DNA of 64,000 nucleotides from Monocercomonoides exilis PA203 (Eukaryota > Protista > Preaxostyla), in NCBI GenBank assembly GCA_001643675.2, contig LSRY02000007.1, positions 1 through 64,000 of the forward strand, in the 5' to 3' direction. The position numbers and the translations under genes are program-made. The notes under the pieces are model-generated. The model had not been told where the DNA came from, did no database searches, and was given only the letters and a program-made list of their open reading frames with translations. Below, in pieces: positions 37,501-49,192 of the stretch (the first letter of the stretch is position 1; each line of letters starts with the position of its first letter).

Positions 37501-38350
37501 CACATTTGTGGATGGAATAAGAGAGCTTCTGGGAAAAGTCATCACAAGCACAGAAAATATTGACCAGATATTCCAAAATAAAGTTGATTCAGAATCATTC
37601 AAAGTATGCAATATCTCATTAATTGGATATGGAAATGAAAAAAAAATGTCTATTGAAAAAGAAAAAAAAATTTTTTTTATAAAATTGTTGAACTTATTCA
37701 CTTGAATGAAAATGACCGATGCATTTGCTGAACTTTTATTCTTCAATTATTTATCATTATTTTCATTTTGAATGATATTCATTTGTTTTTGCATCTGTTT
37801 GAATTGACAGGCAAAGTTGTATGAGCAAGGCAATGCGTCGATGGATGCTCTGAATGGCTTCTTAGACAACACGGTTGTTCCGATCATCGACCACAACACA
37901 GTCACCCCTGTTTTATACGAGTTTATGAATCCTCTGTTCATCAAAGCGTCTCACTCACTCGCTGTTGTCTGGGCAGGCGGGTTCATCACGCTCGTCTTTG
38001 GCATCCCGATGATCTCCATTCTCTACTGCGGCCGCACACTTTGGAAGCCTCTGAAGGGGAAGGCCAAAGGCAGCAGCGCCAGTCGCCAGAGGAGCTACGC
38101 AGCAAAACCAGCTGGGAAAGGAAAGGCACCTCCGAAGCGACAGGACGGGAGAGGCGGAAGAAGCACAAGGAAAGTGGAGGCATCGAAGTCGGTGAGAGGG
38201 AAGCCTGGACATTCAGGGGGACAGTCAAGAGGAAAGTCTTCAGGAAGAGACAGAGACAGAGAAAGAGAAAGAGACAGGATGCGTTCAAGAGATGGTCATG
38301 GTCACCATCACAGCTATTCTTCAAGCTCATCGAGGTCACGAAGAAGATAG
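34559..38350 (+). CDS. Pentaspan membrane glycoprotein with prominin/Tweety-like topology (multi-exon)
   Basis: Signal peptide MVLLIFALIIPHLFDA; TM1, Cys-rich loop (WCFCQC..CCAVC), TM2; large loop; TM3, GWCC..VCC, TM4; large loop; TM5; basic Arg/Ser-rich tail. Joins ORFs 34599, 34917, 35822 and 37817 through GT-AG introns. Family call rests on topology only. Confidence 0.7.
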
Positions 38351-39848
38351 AATGGAGGCGATTGGCTATTGAAGACAAGCAACTGACAAGCTAATACAAA
38401 ATATATGTTCATTAACATATTCAAATGAAGAGTTCATTGTGAATGCAAAATGACATTTTTTTCACTTTAACCAACATCAAAGAGATGTTCAATTATTCAC
38501 AGCGATGACACCTTTTCGATTTTGCTGATTCACAAAATTTCTCTGATTTCATTTGCTTTCTTTTCTGATGGAAGTATTTCGCTGTTTTGTTTCTTTGGCA
38601 GCTGTTCTTCATTCTCAAAGACATCAATTTATTCTCAACAGATTGTCATTGCTTGTCCACTCGCACTCTTATCTGCTCGGCAACAGCCAACTTTCAAGTC
38701 TTTTGTGTTTCATGATCGCTTCTTCTGTTCCACTTCTTCTGCCCTTTTTGGATTGTCTCAAATGCTCTTCAATCAAAATATTTAAGCGAAAGAAATGATG
38801 TCTTCAAAATCGATTATGACTTTCCTTGTTTTGAGAAAGAGAACCAGTTCAACAGCAGAACATCAAATAAATTGCATTCTGCTTTGAAGTTTTTTGCTTT
38901 CTTTTGATTGCTTTCTGCTTTCATTCTATTTGAAGTTATTGTTGGAGTGGTTGTCTTCTTTTGCTCACAAAAGCATTAAATTCCTTTTTTGCTCTCCAAA
39001 TTATGTTTTCTTCATGCTCTCATCAAAATTTGCATTTAGGCACTTTTTTTTAGGCGTTTTTCTTTGGTTTTTTAAGCTTTTTGCTCACATTTCTGTTTAA
39101 GCTGAATGTCAGAAATTTATTTTTGAAATGCAACATTTTTACAATCTTTTTCGTTTATCGTTCATTTTAGCACAATCACGTAACATCAGTTTTATTCGGC
39201 TTGACTTTCATATTTTGATTGTCGACTGCAACTTTTCATTGTTTTCATAGACGGGATGATTTTAAATGCGATTTTCTTGCATTTTTAATCTTTTCATATT
39301 TTCGTTCCTTTTCGTTGCTTTTTGCATTTCCTTTTTTCAATAATAATTTTTAATGCAATAATTTTATTGCTTTTTGTTGTTTTTCGTTAGCTTGCTATTT
39401 GCAATTTTTCTATTTTCTTTTAAATATCCTGATATATTCGCTTTGACGATATCTTTTTATCACTTTGATTTTTAAATTTCATCATCGAATCAAGCTTTGA
39501 TACCTCACTTTTTTATTTGATATTTGTAAGTTGTATTTTTCGAAAATTGAAAATTTCACTTCACTTTTATTTAAAGGTATTAGTTGACTACTTTTTTTTT
39601 TTGAACCGTTTTGCATATCATCAACAAACGTTTTATATTATTTTCGACAAAAAAATTAGTTTTTAAAAAAATAATTCCTTTCAAATAAAAAGGTTTAAAA
39701 CATCTAAAGAAATTGAATATTATTTGCAAATTATCCCAGTAATTTTATTAAAAATTATAAATGAGGGAAACTCAAACGATTCAAAAGTCCAACAAGAAAA
39801 AGCGAAACCTTTATTTGACAAAATTATGTAACCATAAGTTTGTTTTCA

Positions 39849-41427
39849 ATGAAGCTGTTGTTTCTTTTTGGAATTGCTTACTCCCTTTTTGACGGTATAA
39901 TATCAGACGAACCAGAAGATCTTAGTTTTACTGGCAAGTACGCCCCAAGAAAAGATCTTGATCCAGTGATTCTTATTCCTGGTTTGATATTGATTTTTGA
40001 GATTTTGAATAGAGTATTTTTCTTCAAATAGGACTTGGAGGAAGCAGAGTTGAATACACCCTTAAAAATGAATCAAAATGGAAGCCCCTTTGGCTTGATG
40101 TTTCTCGTGCACTTCCTGGAAAATATGAAGAGTGGATTCGCCAATTAACACCTGTATATGATGTTAACTCCGACACATATACATCCCAACCAGATCTTTC
40201 TACAAGGCCCATTGATTATGGAGGAGTTGAGGTACTTTAATTTTGTTTTTTCTTTGAAAGAAAACATTCTTTAAAACAAATCAAAATAGGGTGTAAGATA
40301 TCTTGATTCATTGGCAAAGAACATTTCCGGTTACTACAACGTCATTTTGACAGCGATGGAGCAAACTGGCTATAAAATTGGAAAGAACGTTTTTGGGGCA
40401 CCTGTGTGCTTATTGAATTTTTAATGAAAATTTATTTTAAAGAAACAATTTTTATTATATATACTGTTAATAATTGTAATTTTAAGTTTGATTGGAGACT
40501 CGCAAATGCAAAGCAAATTATGACAAACGGAATGTGCGAAAAGCTGAAGGCTTTGGTTGAAAAAGCTGCTTCTTTAAATCCGGGCAAAAAAGTTCATCTT
40601 GTTGGACATAGCATGGGATGCACATTTATCCAACAGTTTTTGCGGAACTATGTACCAGAAGGATGGAGGAAGAGGTATGTTGCATCATTCATTTCGATTA
40701 GCGGGCCTTATGGAGGCTCATTCGAGGCATATGCACATCTGGCATCACTACACAAGTGGGGGTCTATTCCCATTCCATCAAAATTTATCCACAAGATTTC
40801 ACAAACATTGGGAGGAATATTTTGGATGCTGCCAAACTTCAATGCATATTCGAGTGACACAGTTCTTGCGCGGATTCCAAAAGCAAACATGGTTATCACA
40901 ATGGGAAATATGACTCAGACTTGGATTTCCTCAAACCGAAGTGAAGTTCTTGCGGGAGTCAGAAGCACAATGAACCACGTGAATCAGATAGATCCACCAC
41001 AAGTTCCAACATACATTTTATATTCGAATGGCCAGAAAACATTGCGCGAGATACAAATCGATGGACCAGCTGATTCGTGGTGGCAAACTGAAAGCAAGAC
41101 CACTTTGGTGGGTGATGGAGATGGAACTGTGCCAATTGAGTCTTTGATGGGTGTGTAATTGTTATTAGTTTTTCTTCCCCCATAAAATTGCTATTATTTT
41201 CTATTTATGTTATTTCATTACACTTTGTTGTTCCTCGCCACATTTCTTTTTGAAATGTTTTGTGATTGTGAATGTCTGTTTATTTGCTAATTGCAGCTCC
41301 TCTCCGCTGGAAAAACCAGCAGGCTGAGCCAGTCACTTCTGTCCTCGTGGAAAACGTGGGCCACTTTAAGATTTTGAAAGAAGAAAAAACAGTCAACACA
41401 ATTCTTGATGTCATCTCCAGAGACTAA
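39849..41427 (+). CDS. LCAT / group XV phospholipase A2-like alpha/beta hydrolase (5 exons)
   Basis: Signal peptide; PVILIPG/LGGS; GAP/FDWRL; nucleophile VHLVGHSMG; GDGDGTVPIESL; catalytic His in GHFKIL; stop TAA at 41425-41427. Confidence 0.93.
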
Positions 41428-41970
41428 AATTTGAAAAAAAAGATGGTTTTAATGATTATTTTGAGGAAAAGGATTTCGAAGAGGAGAAAAGTGTTGCCCG
41501 AAACTTATTAACACATTTCATGAACTTTCTGTAAATTTTTTTTAGCTTATTATCTATTTTGCGAAGAGGCTGACGACAGAGTTGGTTCACTCACGTTGAT
41601 TTCCTCGCAATTTTATTTGTTGATGAAAATGTGTTAATTAAATAGAGTTCATTATCTTTTGGTTGTACCTTTTTTATTTAATTTATCTGTTTACACTTTT
41701 TAGATTTTAACTTCGTATAGAACTTATTTTTTCTCTGACCTGATATTTGCATTTGAATTTCTTGGAATTTACTTTGTGGGTAAGGCTTATTTTTTCAAAA
41801 CCTTTTACCACGGATATTTAGTGCTTTGCATCCAATTTGAAGATCGTTTTTTAACGAATTTTACACTCTCTGCATTTGCACTTTATTATAATTGGATGCA
41901 AGTTTAAATATTCTGAGTTTGAATTTATTAACAGAAAATTTCAATTAGGAAGTTTGTGAATCATTTTTCG

Positions 41971-42029
<59 letters not shown>
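41971..42029 (+). repeat. Poly(A) tract (A59) preceded by TTTTTCG
   Basis: Direct reading; lies ~200 bp upstream of the amylase ATG. Confidence 0.85.
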
Positions 42030-42031
<2 letters not shown>

Positions 42032-42227
42032 GGAAGATCGAAGTGTTTTTTATTAACATTGAATTTAAATAGCGAGGAGAAAAAATTCAAACAATATTCG
42101 ATTCATTTCATTGATTTTTTATTCTTAAACGGATGAATCAATATCTTCCGAAACACATGATTAATGGGAAAATTTGTGTTTTTTGATAGCCTAATATAAG
42201 AAAACAATTGATAATACAGTTTCCCCG

Positions 42228-44108
42228 ATGATGTCACAAAAATTCACTTTGAGAAAGATTTTTGCAGTATCTTTTGCTGCGATACTTGCAACTATTGCAG
42301 TTGTTGTACCTCTTGTTGCAATCCGTTCCCCAATGGTTATGAAAAAATCAAGAAAAGATCTTCCTGGATGCGATCTTAATCCAACTTTGTCATGCACAGG
42401 AAATGAAGGAAACATGAATGAAAAATGGAAGGATAACTTATGGAACACACCGCCAAGAAACCATTCAAAGTGGCATGCAGGTTTCCAAGATATGAGCGTT
42501 TTACAGGGTTATCCCCAACTGCAATACAACGCTGATCACACTGAGTGCACTGTCACAATTTACACAAAAACCAAAAATCCAATGCTTCTTTATTATTATT
42601 TTGACGGTCAAATTCAATCAAGTCCTTCAAAGAAATATGATACATCATACAAGAACTCACTGAAGGTCATCGTGACTGCAAGATCTGGTGAAAGATTGGA
42701 GTTAGATGAGATTGATTTCTTGTGGAATGTCCAACCTTTAAGACCAAGAAGTGGAGATTATCGCAATGGACAAAAAGGAGCAATCGTTGAATTATTTGGA
42801 TGGCCTGATGCAGATATTGCTCAAGAATGCAAATTTATTGCGGATGCAGGATATCTTGGAGTAAAGTTATTCCCACATCAAGAACAGTTGATGTCTCTAC
42901 AACCAATGGACAATGAGCTCAATCCATGGTATTTCATGTATCAACCGGTGTCATATCGTCTTCAAGGAAGAATGGGTTCAAGATCTCAGCTTCGTCAAAC
43001 AATTAAAGTTTGCCGTTCTTATGGTCTTCGCGTTTACGCTGATGCGGTTGTGAATCATATGACTGGAGGAGGAAACGATGCTCAAGAACACAGAAATCCA
43101 GGAGCTGGATGTGTGCATTGGCCAGCAAAGAATTCATCAGCAGGAGAGAATTTATCTCCATTTTACACTCATTCATACACTTATGAAATCAATGATTATA
43201 ACGGAAGACCAAATAATGCACTTGAATATCCAGGTGTTCCATACGGACCAATGGATTTCCATTGCGATAAAGGAATTAATTCATGGACTGATCCAAACAT
43301 CCTCAACACTGGATGGCTTGTGGGATTAGCTGATTTGAACACTGGAACTGATTACGTTAGACAAAGGATTGCTGATTTCTTTGTTGATTTATTGTCCATT
43401 GGATTCACAGGTTTCAGAATTGACGCAGCAAAACATATTCATCCAAAAGATTTAGCAGCTATTTTCGCAAAATTCAAGGCTCGTCTGGGAGGAAATATTC
43501 CGGATGATTGGTTCACATGGCTCGAAGTTTTAACTGGTGGAGAATCATGGCTTCTTGTTCAAGATTCTGATTACTCTTACACCGTTGGCCTCACAAGAGA
43601 AATGAAAGCTGTTGGATTGAGCGAATCTGATATTTCAAAAGTTAGAATTTGGTGGAGTGGCTATCCAAATGAACCATTTAACGATAATGGAACATTAGAT
43701 AACAAGCGTAAGGTTATTCAAAACGACGATCATGATCAACAAAATCCAGGTTCATCATCAAGAGACATGCACGATAAAGGATGTGTTCTTGTTAAGGGAT
43801 GTTCACCTGATAATCACAGAAATTATGAAAAGAAACTCTTCCTCGATCCTTATGAAGTTCGCGATAATGATAATGATTGGCCAATTAGAATGGTGCTTTC
43901 TTCTTACTATTTTGATAACGGTGTTGCAAGTATCCCAGATGGACAATCTGATTGTCGTCAATGCAAAGTGACATGTGATGGTTGCAAAACAAAGACATAC
44001 ACAAAGGCTTACAATCCAAATGCAAGACCTTATTCGGGGAAAGGTTACACATACGTTCATCGTGATACAGAAATTATTGCGGCAATGAGACAATGGATGC
44101 ATCTGTGA
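42228..44108 (+). CDS. GH13 alpha-amylase with N-terminal signal/anchor and extra N-terminal domain (intronless, 626 aa)
   Basis: GH13 motifs PWYFMYQPVSY, DAVVNH, GLADLNT, GFRIDAAKH (Asp nucleophile), WLEVL (Glu) and NDDHD (Asp). Hydrophobic stretch at aa ~11-32. Confidence 0.95.
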   Translation: MMSQKFTLRKIFAVSFAAILATIAVVVPLVAIRSPMVMKKSRKDLPGCDLNPTLSCTGNEGNMNEKWKDNLWNTPPRNHSKWHAGFQDMSVLQGYPQLQYNADHTECTVTIYTKTKNPMLLYYYFDGQIQSSPSKKYDTSYKNSLKVIVTARSGERLELDEIDFLWNVQPLRPRSGDYRNGQKGAIVELFGWPDADIAQECKFIADAGYLGVKLFPHQEQLMSLQPMDNELNPWYFMYQPVSYRLQGRMGSRSQLRQTIKVCRSYGLRVYADAVVNHMTGGGNDAQEHRNPGAGCVHWPAKNSSAGENLSPFYTHSYTYEINDYNGRPNNALEYPGVPYGPMDFHCDKGINSWTDPNILNTGWLVGLADLNTGTDYVRQRIADFFVDLLSIGFTGFRIDAAKHIHPKDLAAIFAKFKARLGGNIPDDWFTWLEVLTGGESWLLVQDSDYSYTVGLTREMKAVGLSESDISKVRIWWSGYPNEPFNDNGTLDNKRKVIQNDDHDQQNPGSSSRDMHDKGCVLVKGCSPDNHRNYEKKLFLDPYEVRDNDNDWPIRMVLSSYYFDNGVASIPDGQSDCRQCKVTCDGCKTKTYTKAYNPNARPYSGKGYTYVHRDTEIIAAMRQWMHL

Positions 44109-44601
44109 ATAATGTTTTAAAATGTCTTATCCGCTTCGCTTCATAAAAAAATTTTTTTTGTTGTTAGAAATTATGTTTAAACTTGAATTGAGTTAGAAAC
44201 ATTTTTATGTTGATAGATTTTTCGTATGTTTTGATTATTTTTTGTATATTTTTTATTCAAAGTTTTTCACATTGTATATATTTAATTGTTTTCTGTCTTT
44301 TCGATTTTTATCATGTAAATAAAGTTTTTATTTATCTATGAGTGATCTATTTTTTTCAAAATTGTAAAATATTTCAAAGGTGTTTTTGAAAGATAGTGGT
44401 GATTCAAAAAAAAAAAAAAAGAAGAAGAACTGAAAATGACAAAAGAGCATATTAAGGAAATGAAAAGGAAAATCTCCATATTTTCAAAGCAAACAAAACT
44501 TTCTTTGAAAGGTCTTTGATGAAATTGTTAGTGGAATAGGATAAGGATTTACACCCAACAATAAAACACAAAATGAAAAAGAACAGCAACCTTCTCTCTA
44601 T

Positions 44602-47600
44602 TCATCTCCTTCCCCACCTCGAATTCGCATTCTGCTCATCTTCAATAGCCTTCTTCATTCCTTCAACCACCATATCGCGTATCTCATATCTCAGCAGCGT
44701 AAAAAGCGGGAAAATAATCACATCCTTTGCTATCTTTCGCTTTGAATAATCGCCTGAACGTGACCTGTCAAATTGGGCAGCATTCAACGAAGCAGAAGAA
44801 GCTGCATTGTCTGTTCCGAATCCGGGCACATCTGTTTCAAACATATCTCTCTTTCCTGAACCAAACCCAAGCAGCTCGTCCTTCCTCTTCTGCGCTTTGG
44901 GATACGTCAGCTGGTAGTGTCTCTTCCTAAGCTCAGTCAACTTGTTTCGGATGATCGAATAGCGGATCGTTTCTGGCACAAGACTCGGTGGAGGATTGGC
45001 TGCTCCGCCTGTCCCTTCTCGTCTGCCTCTCGCACTGCGGGATGTCGCATTTGCCGAGCGGGACGTGACATTTCCAGAAGCGTTGCGGTCAGTTGCATTT
45101 CCTTTGCTGAAGATATTGATTCCGCTAAGGTTGAGAGAGAAGTTCAGAAGAGGGTTTGCTGAAGATGACGAAGAGACCGAAGACAAATCCGATTCGAGAA
45201 GAGAAGAAGAAGAGCTCTGCCTTGTCAGCGCATGAGACAAAGATGACGTTGAGCTCTGCCTCGAAAGACCAGGGTGATGTTGCAAACTGGATGAGGATGT
45301 GGACTTTGACAAGACAGCTGGCAGATGGGTAGTGGAAGATGAAGCGGCGTTGCTGTTGGACTTGGCAGGCTGCAATTTGGACCCAAAAACAGCAAGAAAT
45401 TCTTCAACTACTGAAATAACATCGATGCTGCTTATATCGCGTAACGATTTTTGCTTTGTGAAATTCTTTTTTGGCTTTGTCTCTTGAACAGGTGCGCCTT
45501 CTTTGGCTGATCCGTTGGTCGGCTCTTCAACTCCGTCTTTGCCTTGCTCATTCTGTTTTGTGTTGTCTGCTTCATTCTTGCTGTTCTTGTCCGCATTCTC
45601 TCCTTCTTCGCTCTTCTCCTCCTCCACTTCACTCTCCTCCTCCACCTCGTTGATCACGCTCCACTCGTCCAGCGCATTCCTCGCTTCCTCCGAGCGCGGA
45701 TCAACAATCTGCTTCCCGTACTTCTCAACAAGCACTTGGTGCGCTTTCTCGTCGGGATCTTCGGCTGCTGTCGACGTCAGCGGCATCTCAGCATCCTTCG
45801 AAGTGAAGCGGAAGCGCTTGTACTTCAGCGGATCGCCCCATTTGGATGGATGGTGGCGAAGAAGAACTGCCTCTTCATAACGCCACTACAGATAAAGAGG
45901 GAGAAAAGAAAAGAGGAAGAAGAAAGATAATACAAAAAGAAGATAAAATAAATCATCGTTAATATTAGTGAAAAAATAATATATACCATCAAATCTATTG
46001 CTTTCATCCTGTGTGACAAACATTGAATGAATGAGGCCACTTTTCTCTGTCCATTGATTACTGAATAACATTTGAATAAATAACAATATTAATTAATAAG
46101 AAAGTTGTTTAATCTGTTAAATTCAAAAGCATCATCGTTCATACTCAACTGTCTGTATTGTGATACTCTTATCACAAACAGCATTTGAACGCGTGTCTGA
46201 ACTAAGCAGCGACGAATAGAAGACAAATACCCAAGACGACATTTTGTGCGGAAGTGCAGAACAAATCTCCCAAGCGAACTAAAATAGATAGACAAGCATT
46301 TCAAAATTTGAAATTTGAAATTTGAAATAAAAATGTGAATAACAAATAAAAATCAAAGATAAGCAATGCAAAAGAGTTTAAGCAGTATCAAAAAACCGAA
46401 ATTAGGTATCTACAAATAGTCAATCCATATAACCAAAAAATATTCGTTGAACATAACATATTTTATTAACATCTAATCATCTTCTGCTCATCCACATACC
46501 GTGACAGAGTTTCAAATGACATAACCATTTGCCTTCTCCTTTTCTTCATTTCGATTGCAATTCTTTCTCTTCTCTGCCTCTCCTTTTCAGCTTCTATCAG
46601 CGCCAGCAGCTTTCTCCTTCCCCTGTCTTCAGCAAGCGCGTCTGCAAGCACCGATAGCCTCGCCAGCAGATGCACCACAATCAGCATCCGCTGCGCACCC
46701 GCCTTCAATTTGTGTGTCGTTCTGTACTGCCCAGGGCGCGGCCGTGATGCGTCCTTCGCCAGCTCCTCGCGCAGAAACGAGAACTGACGCTGCTGCTGCT
46801 CGTAGAGGCTGTTCTCATAGCGCTCTCTGACCTCCTCCATGTGCACACGGTGGGCAGCCAGCGACTGTTCAGAGAGGACTGTGAGTGGGGTGATGAGGCG
46901 AGGGTCAGCAGGCGAAGTGGTTGAGAAGGAGAGCTTGGGCGAGGCAGAGGAAGAGGCAGATTGCGAAGAACGAGACGAAGACGATGAAAGAGCTGATGGC
47001 CCAAGAGGCGATGGAGGAAGATAGACAGAATGGAGAAGAGGTGGTGATCGAAGTGGGAATGTGTGTGTGGATGTCACAGACGATGGGGTGAATGAGGTGG
47101 AGGCTGAGGAAGGCCTGTTGTATGATCTGAAAGTGGATGGACGTGTTTTTGAAGAGGCGGAATTGAGCAGTCGAGAAGAAGTGCTGCCAGAAGAAGGAGA
47201 AGCAAATGAATATTTCCGAGACGAGTCGTAAAAACCAGCAGATGATGTTTTTGGCCTGACAGAAGGAGGAGACGACAAAAGAGAGGAATTATAGCTGGAA
47301 TCAGAACTTGCAGCTGGCTTCATGCTGCCATACACACTCGACGGGCGAGACCTTCTTGGCTGAGGGCTGCGTGATTGAGAAGATAGAGGCGCATATTCAG
47401 AAGAAGACAGGGCTGGGCGAGTGAATGCAAAAATGGATGGAACCGAAGACGAAGTGGCTGATGAGAGGCGAGATGACATGGCAGACGAACGAGGACGAGA
47501 AGAAATGGAAGAGGCAGGCACCGTATATGCTGATGGTGCAAACTGAGAGCGAGATGAGTGAGATGGGCGTTGGCTCCCCCGCATCACCATCTGCGTTGCA

Positions 47601-48951
47601 CTTTCCCCTTCGCTTTCTGTACCATCCAGATCTTCCTCTCTGAAAGCGCTGCTTTCCTTTCCTCGTCCCGCTATTCCACTCAGCGCAGATGAAGTGAATC
47701 TGTCGTTACCATCGTCACTGCCCTGCTCAAGTCCAACAGCGTCTTCGTCTTCGCTTCCGCTTCCTCCAACAGTCAATGAGAGAGGCTGTCGAGATGTCAT
47801 GTTGTAGCGATATCTGGCTGTGTATCCTTCCATCTGTTGGATCGGAGACTCTCCCACTTCCATCTCTCGCTGTGTTCTCAACACCAGACGCTCCATCACA
47901 TCTTCTGCAGGTCCTTCGTATATCTTCTCTTTTTCTGTATCAAGTCGCAGATAAAACCCCTTCTTCTTATTCTGTCCGTGCTTTTTGTTGTTCCTTCGGC
48001 TAGAGCTTCCCCAATCGTCGCGACCATCATCTGCGTCGCCTCCACGCGTCTCTCCATCCGATGCACCGCTGCTATTTCTGCGATGAATGCTTCGCTCTTC
48101 CACTCTATTAATGCCTTGACGACTGCGACGAAGTGCAACATCCTCCATCTGCCGCTTCAGTTCGTATATTTCATCATCCAACTTGTTCCTCCGCTTTTTT
48201 TCGAAAGGGACTTTTTGCGTCATTGTGCTTGGTGACAAAGTCGATGTTCGCTTCATGCCCTGCCTCCAAGGAGTTTCATATGAGAGATTTTTCCGTGATG
48301 CGCCTGAACGTATTGGGTCACCGTCCTTTGCAGTTAACGAATGATGAGCTGCTCCAACACCCGCTTTATTTTTTGTTGAGGAAAAATTGCTCGGTTTTTC
48401 TTTGGTGCCCAGACTGAAACGTTCAACAGCATCTTGCAATCCTTGCCCATTTCCAGCCCCAGAAGAAATAAGTAAAGAATCAACATCTCTCAAAAGCTGT
48501 TTGAACTTTGCTTCATGTTCTTCCTGATGTTCTTCGAAATAACTTAATTGCGCGAATTCAGAAGATTGCGAATTACTTGCTTGAGTTGGGTCGGTGTATT
48601 GGTGATCAAGTTCTTCAAATACATCATGAACAGGATGAAATGCATTTTCAAAATCAACTGTAAAATCAGAAGCTTCTCCTAATACCAGTAAAGAATCTAA
48701 AAAATTGTAAATATTCAACAAAAAAATAATTTTAAAAAAATATTGAAATTCATGTTAATTTAATTCAAACCTGCATTTCTAGCTCGTTTAAATCCTCCTT
48801 CAAACGCAAGCAAAGCATTTACTTTGGTCATTGCACGACGTTTGACATCGGTAAATGTTGCTTTCCCAGTTTGAGATCTTGGAGTTGAATTTATTCTGCT
48901 TCTAGTTGTTTGAATAGAGCTTGGCGATCTTGGTGTGAGCAAACTATCCAT
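44602..48951 (-). CDS. Ser-rich hypothetical protein with basic helical (IQ-like) segments, 5 exons
   Basis: Exons ~48951-48771, ~48695-46500, ~46278-46146, ~46060-45987 and ~45886-44602. The last four join in consistent phase (..TLSR/SLGRFVLHFRTK..RQL/IINGQRKVASF..DLM/WRYEEAVLL..). No recognisable catalytic domain. Confidence 0.75.
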
Positions 48952-49192
48952 ACAATTAGCTCGGGCAATTTATAACAAAACTCTTAAACAACTTTTAAAA
49001 GAGAAATAAAAACAACTGTTGAAAAAACGAAACTTTAAAAAAATATGACGGGGATATTGATCAGAAGTTAATGAAAAATGCTTCATTTGAAATTTTCGTT
49101 AATATATTTTCACTTATATTATGAAACAACACATAAACAAAGAATTGATGTTTCATGAATGTAATAAAGTCTTTTTCGTGCAAAACCTCAAA

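Noticed and set aside
38400-39250. Coding-like purine-rich minus strand, possible gene relic
   Set aside because: No sustained ORF or recognisable motif, so it cannot be supported.
45887-46499. Apparent 600-bp intron with possible ncRNA
   Set aside because: It contains two small in-phase exons of the host gene.
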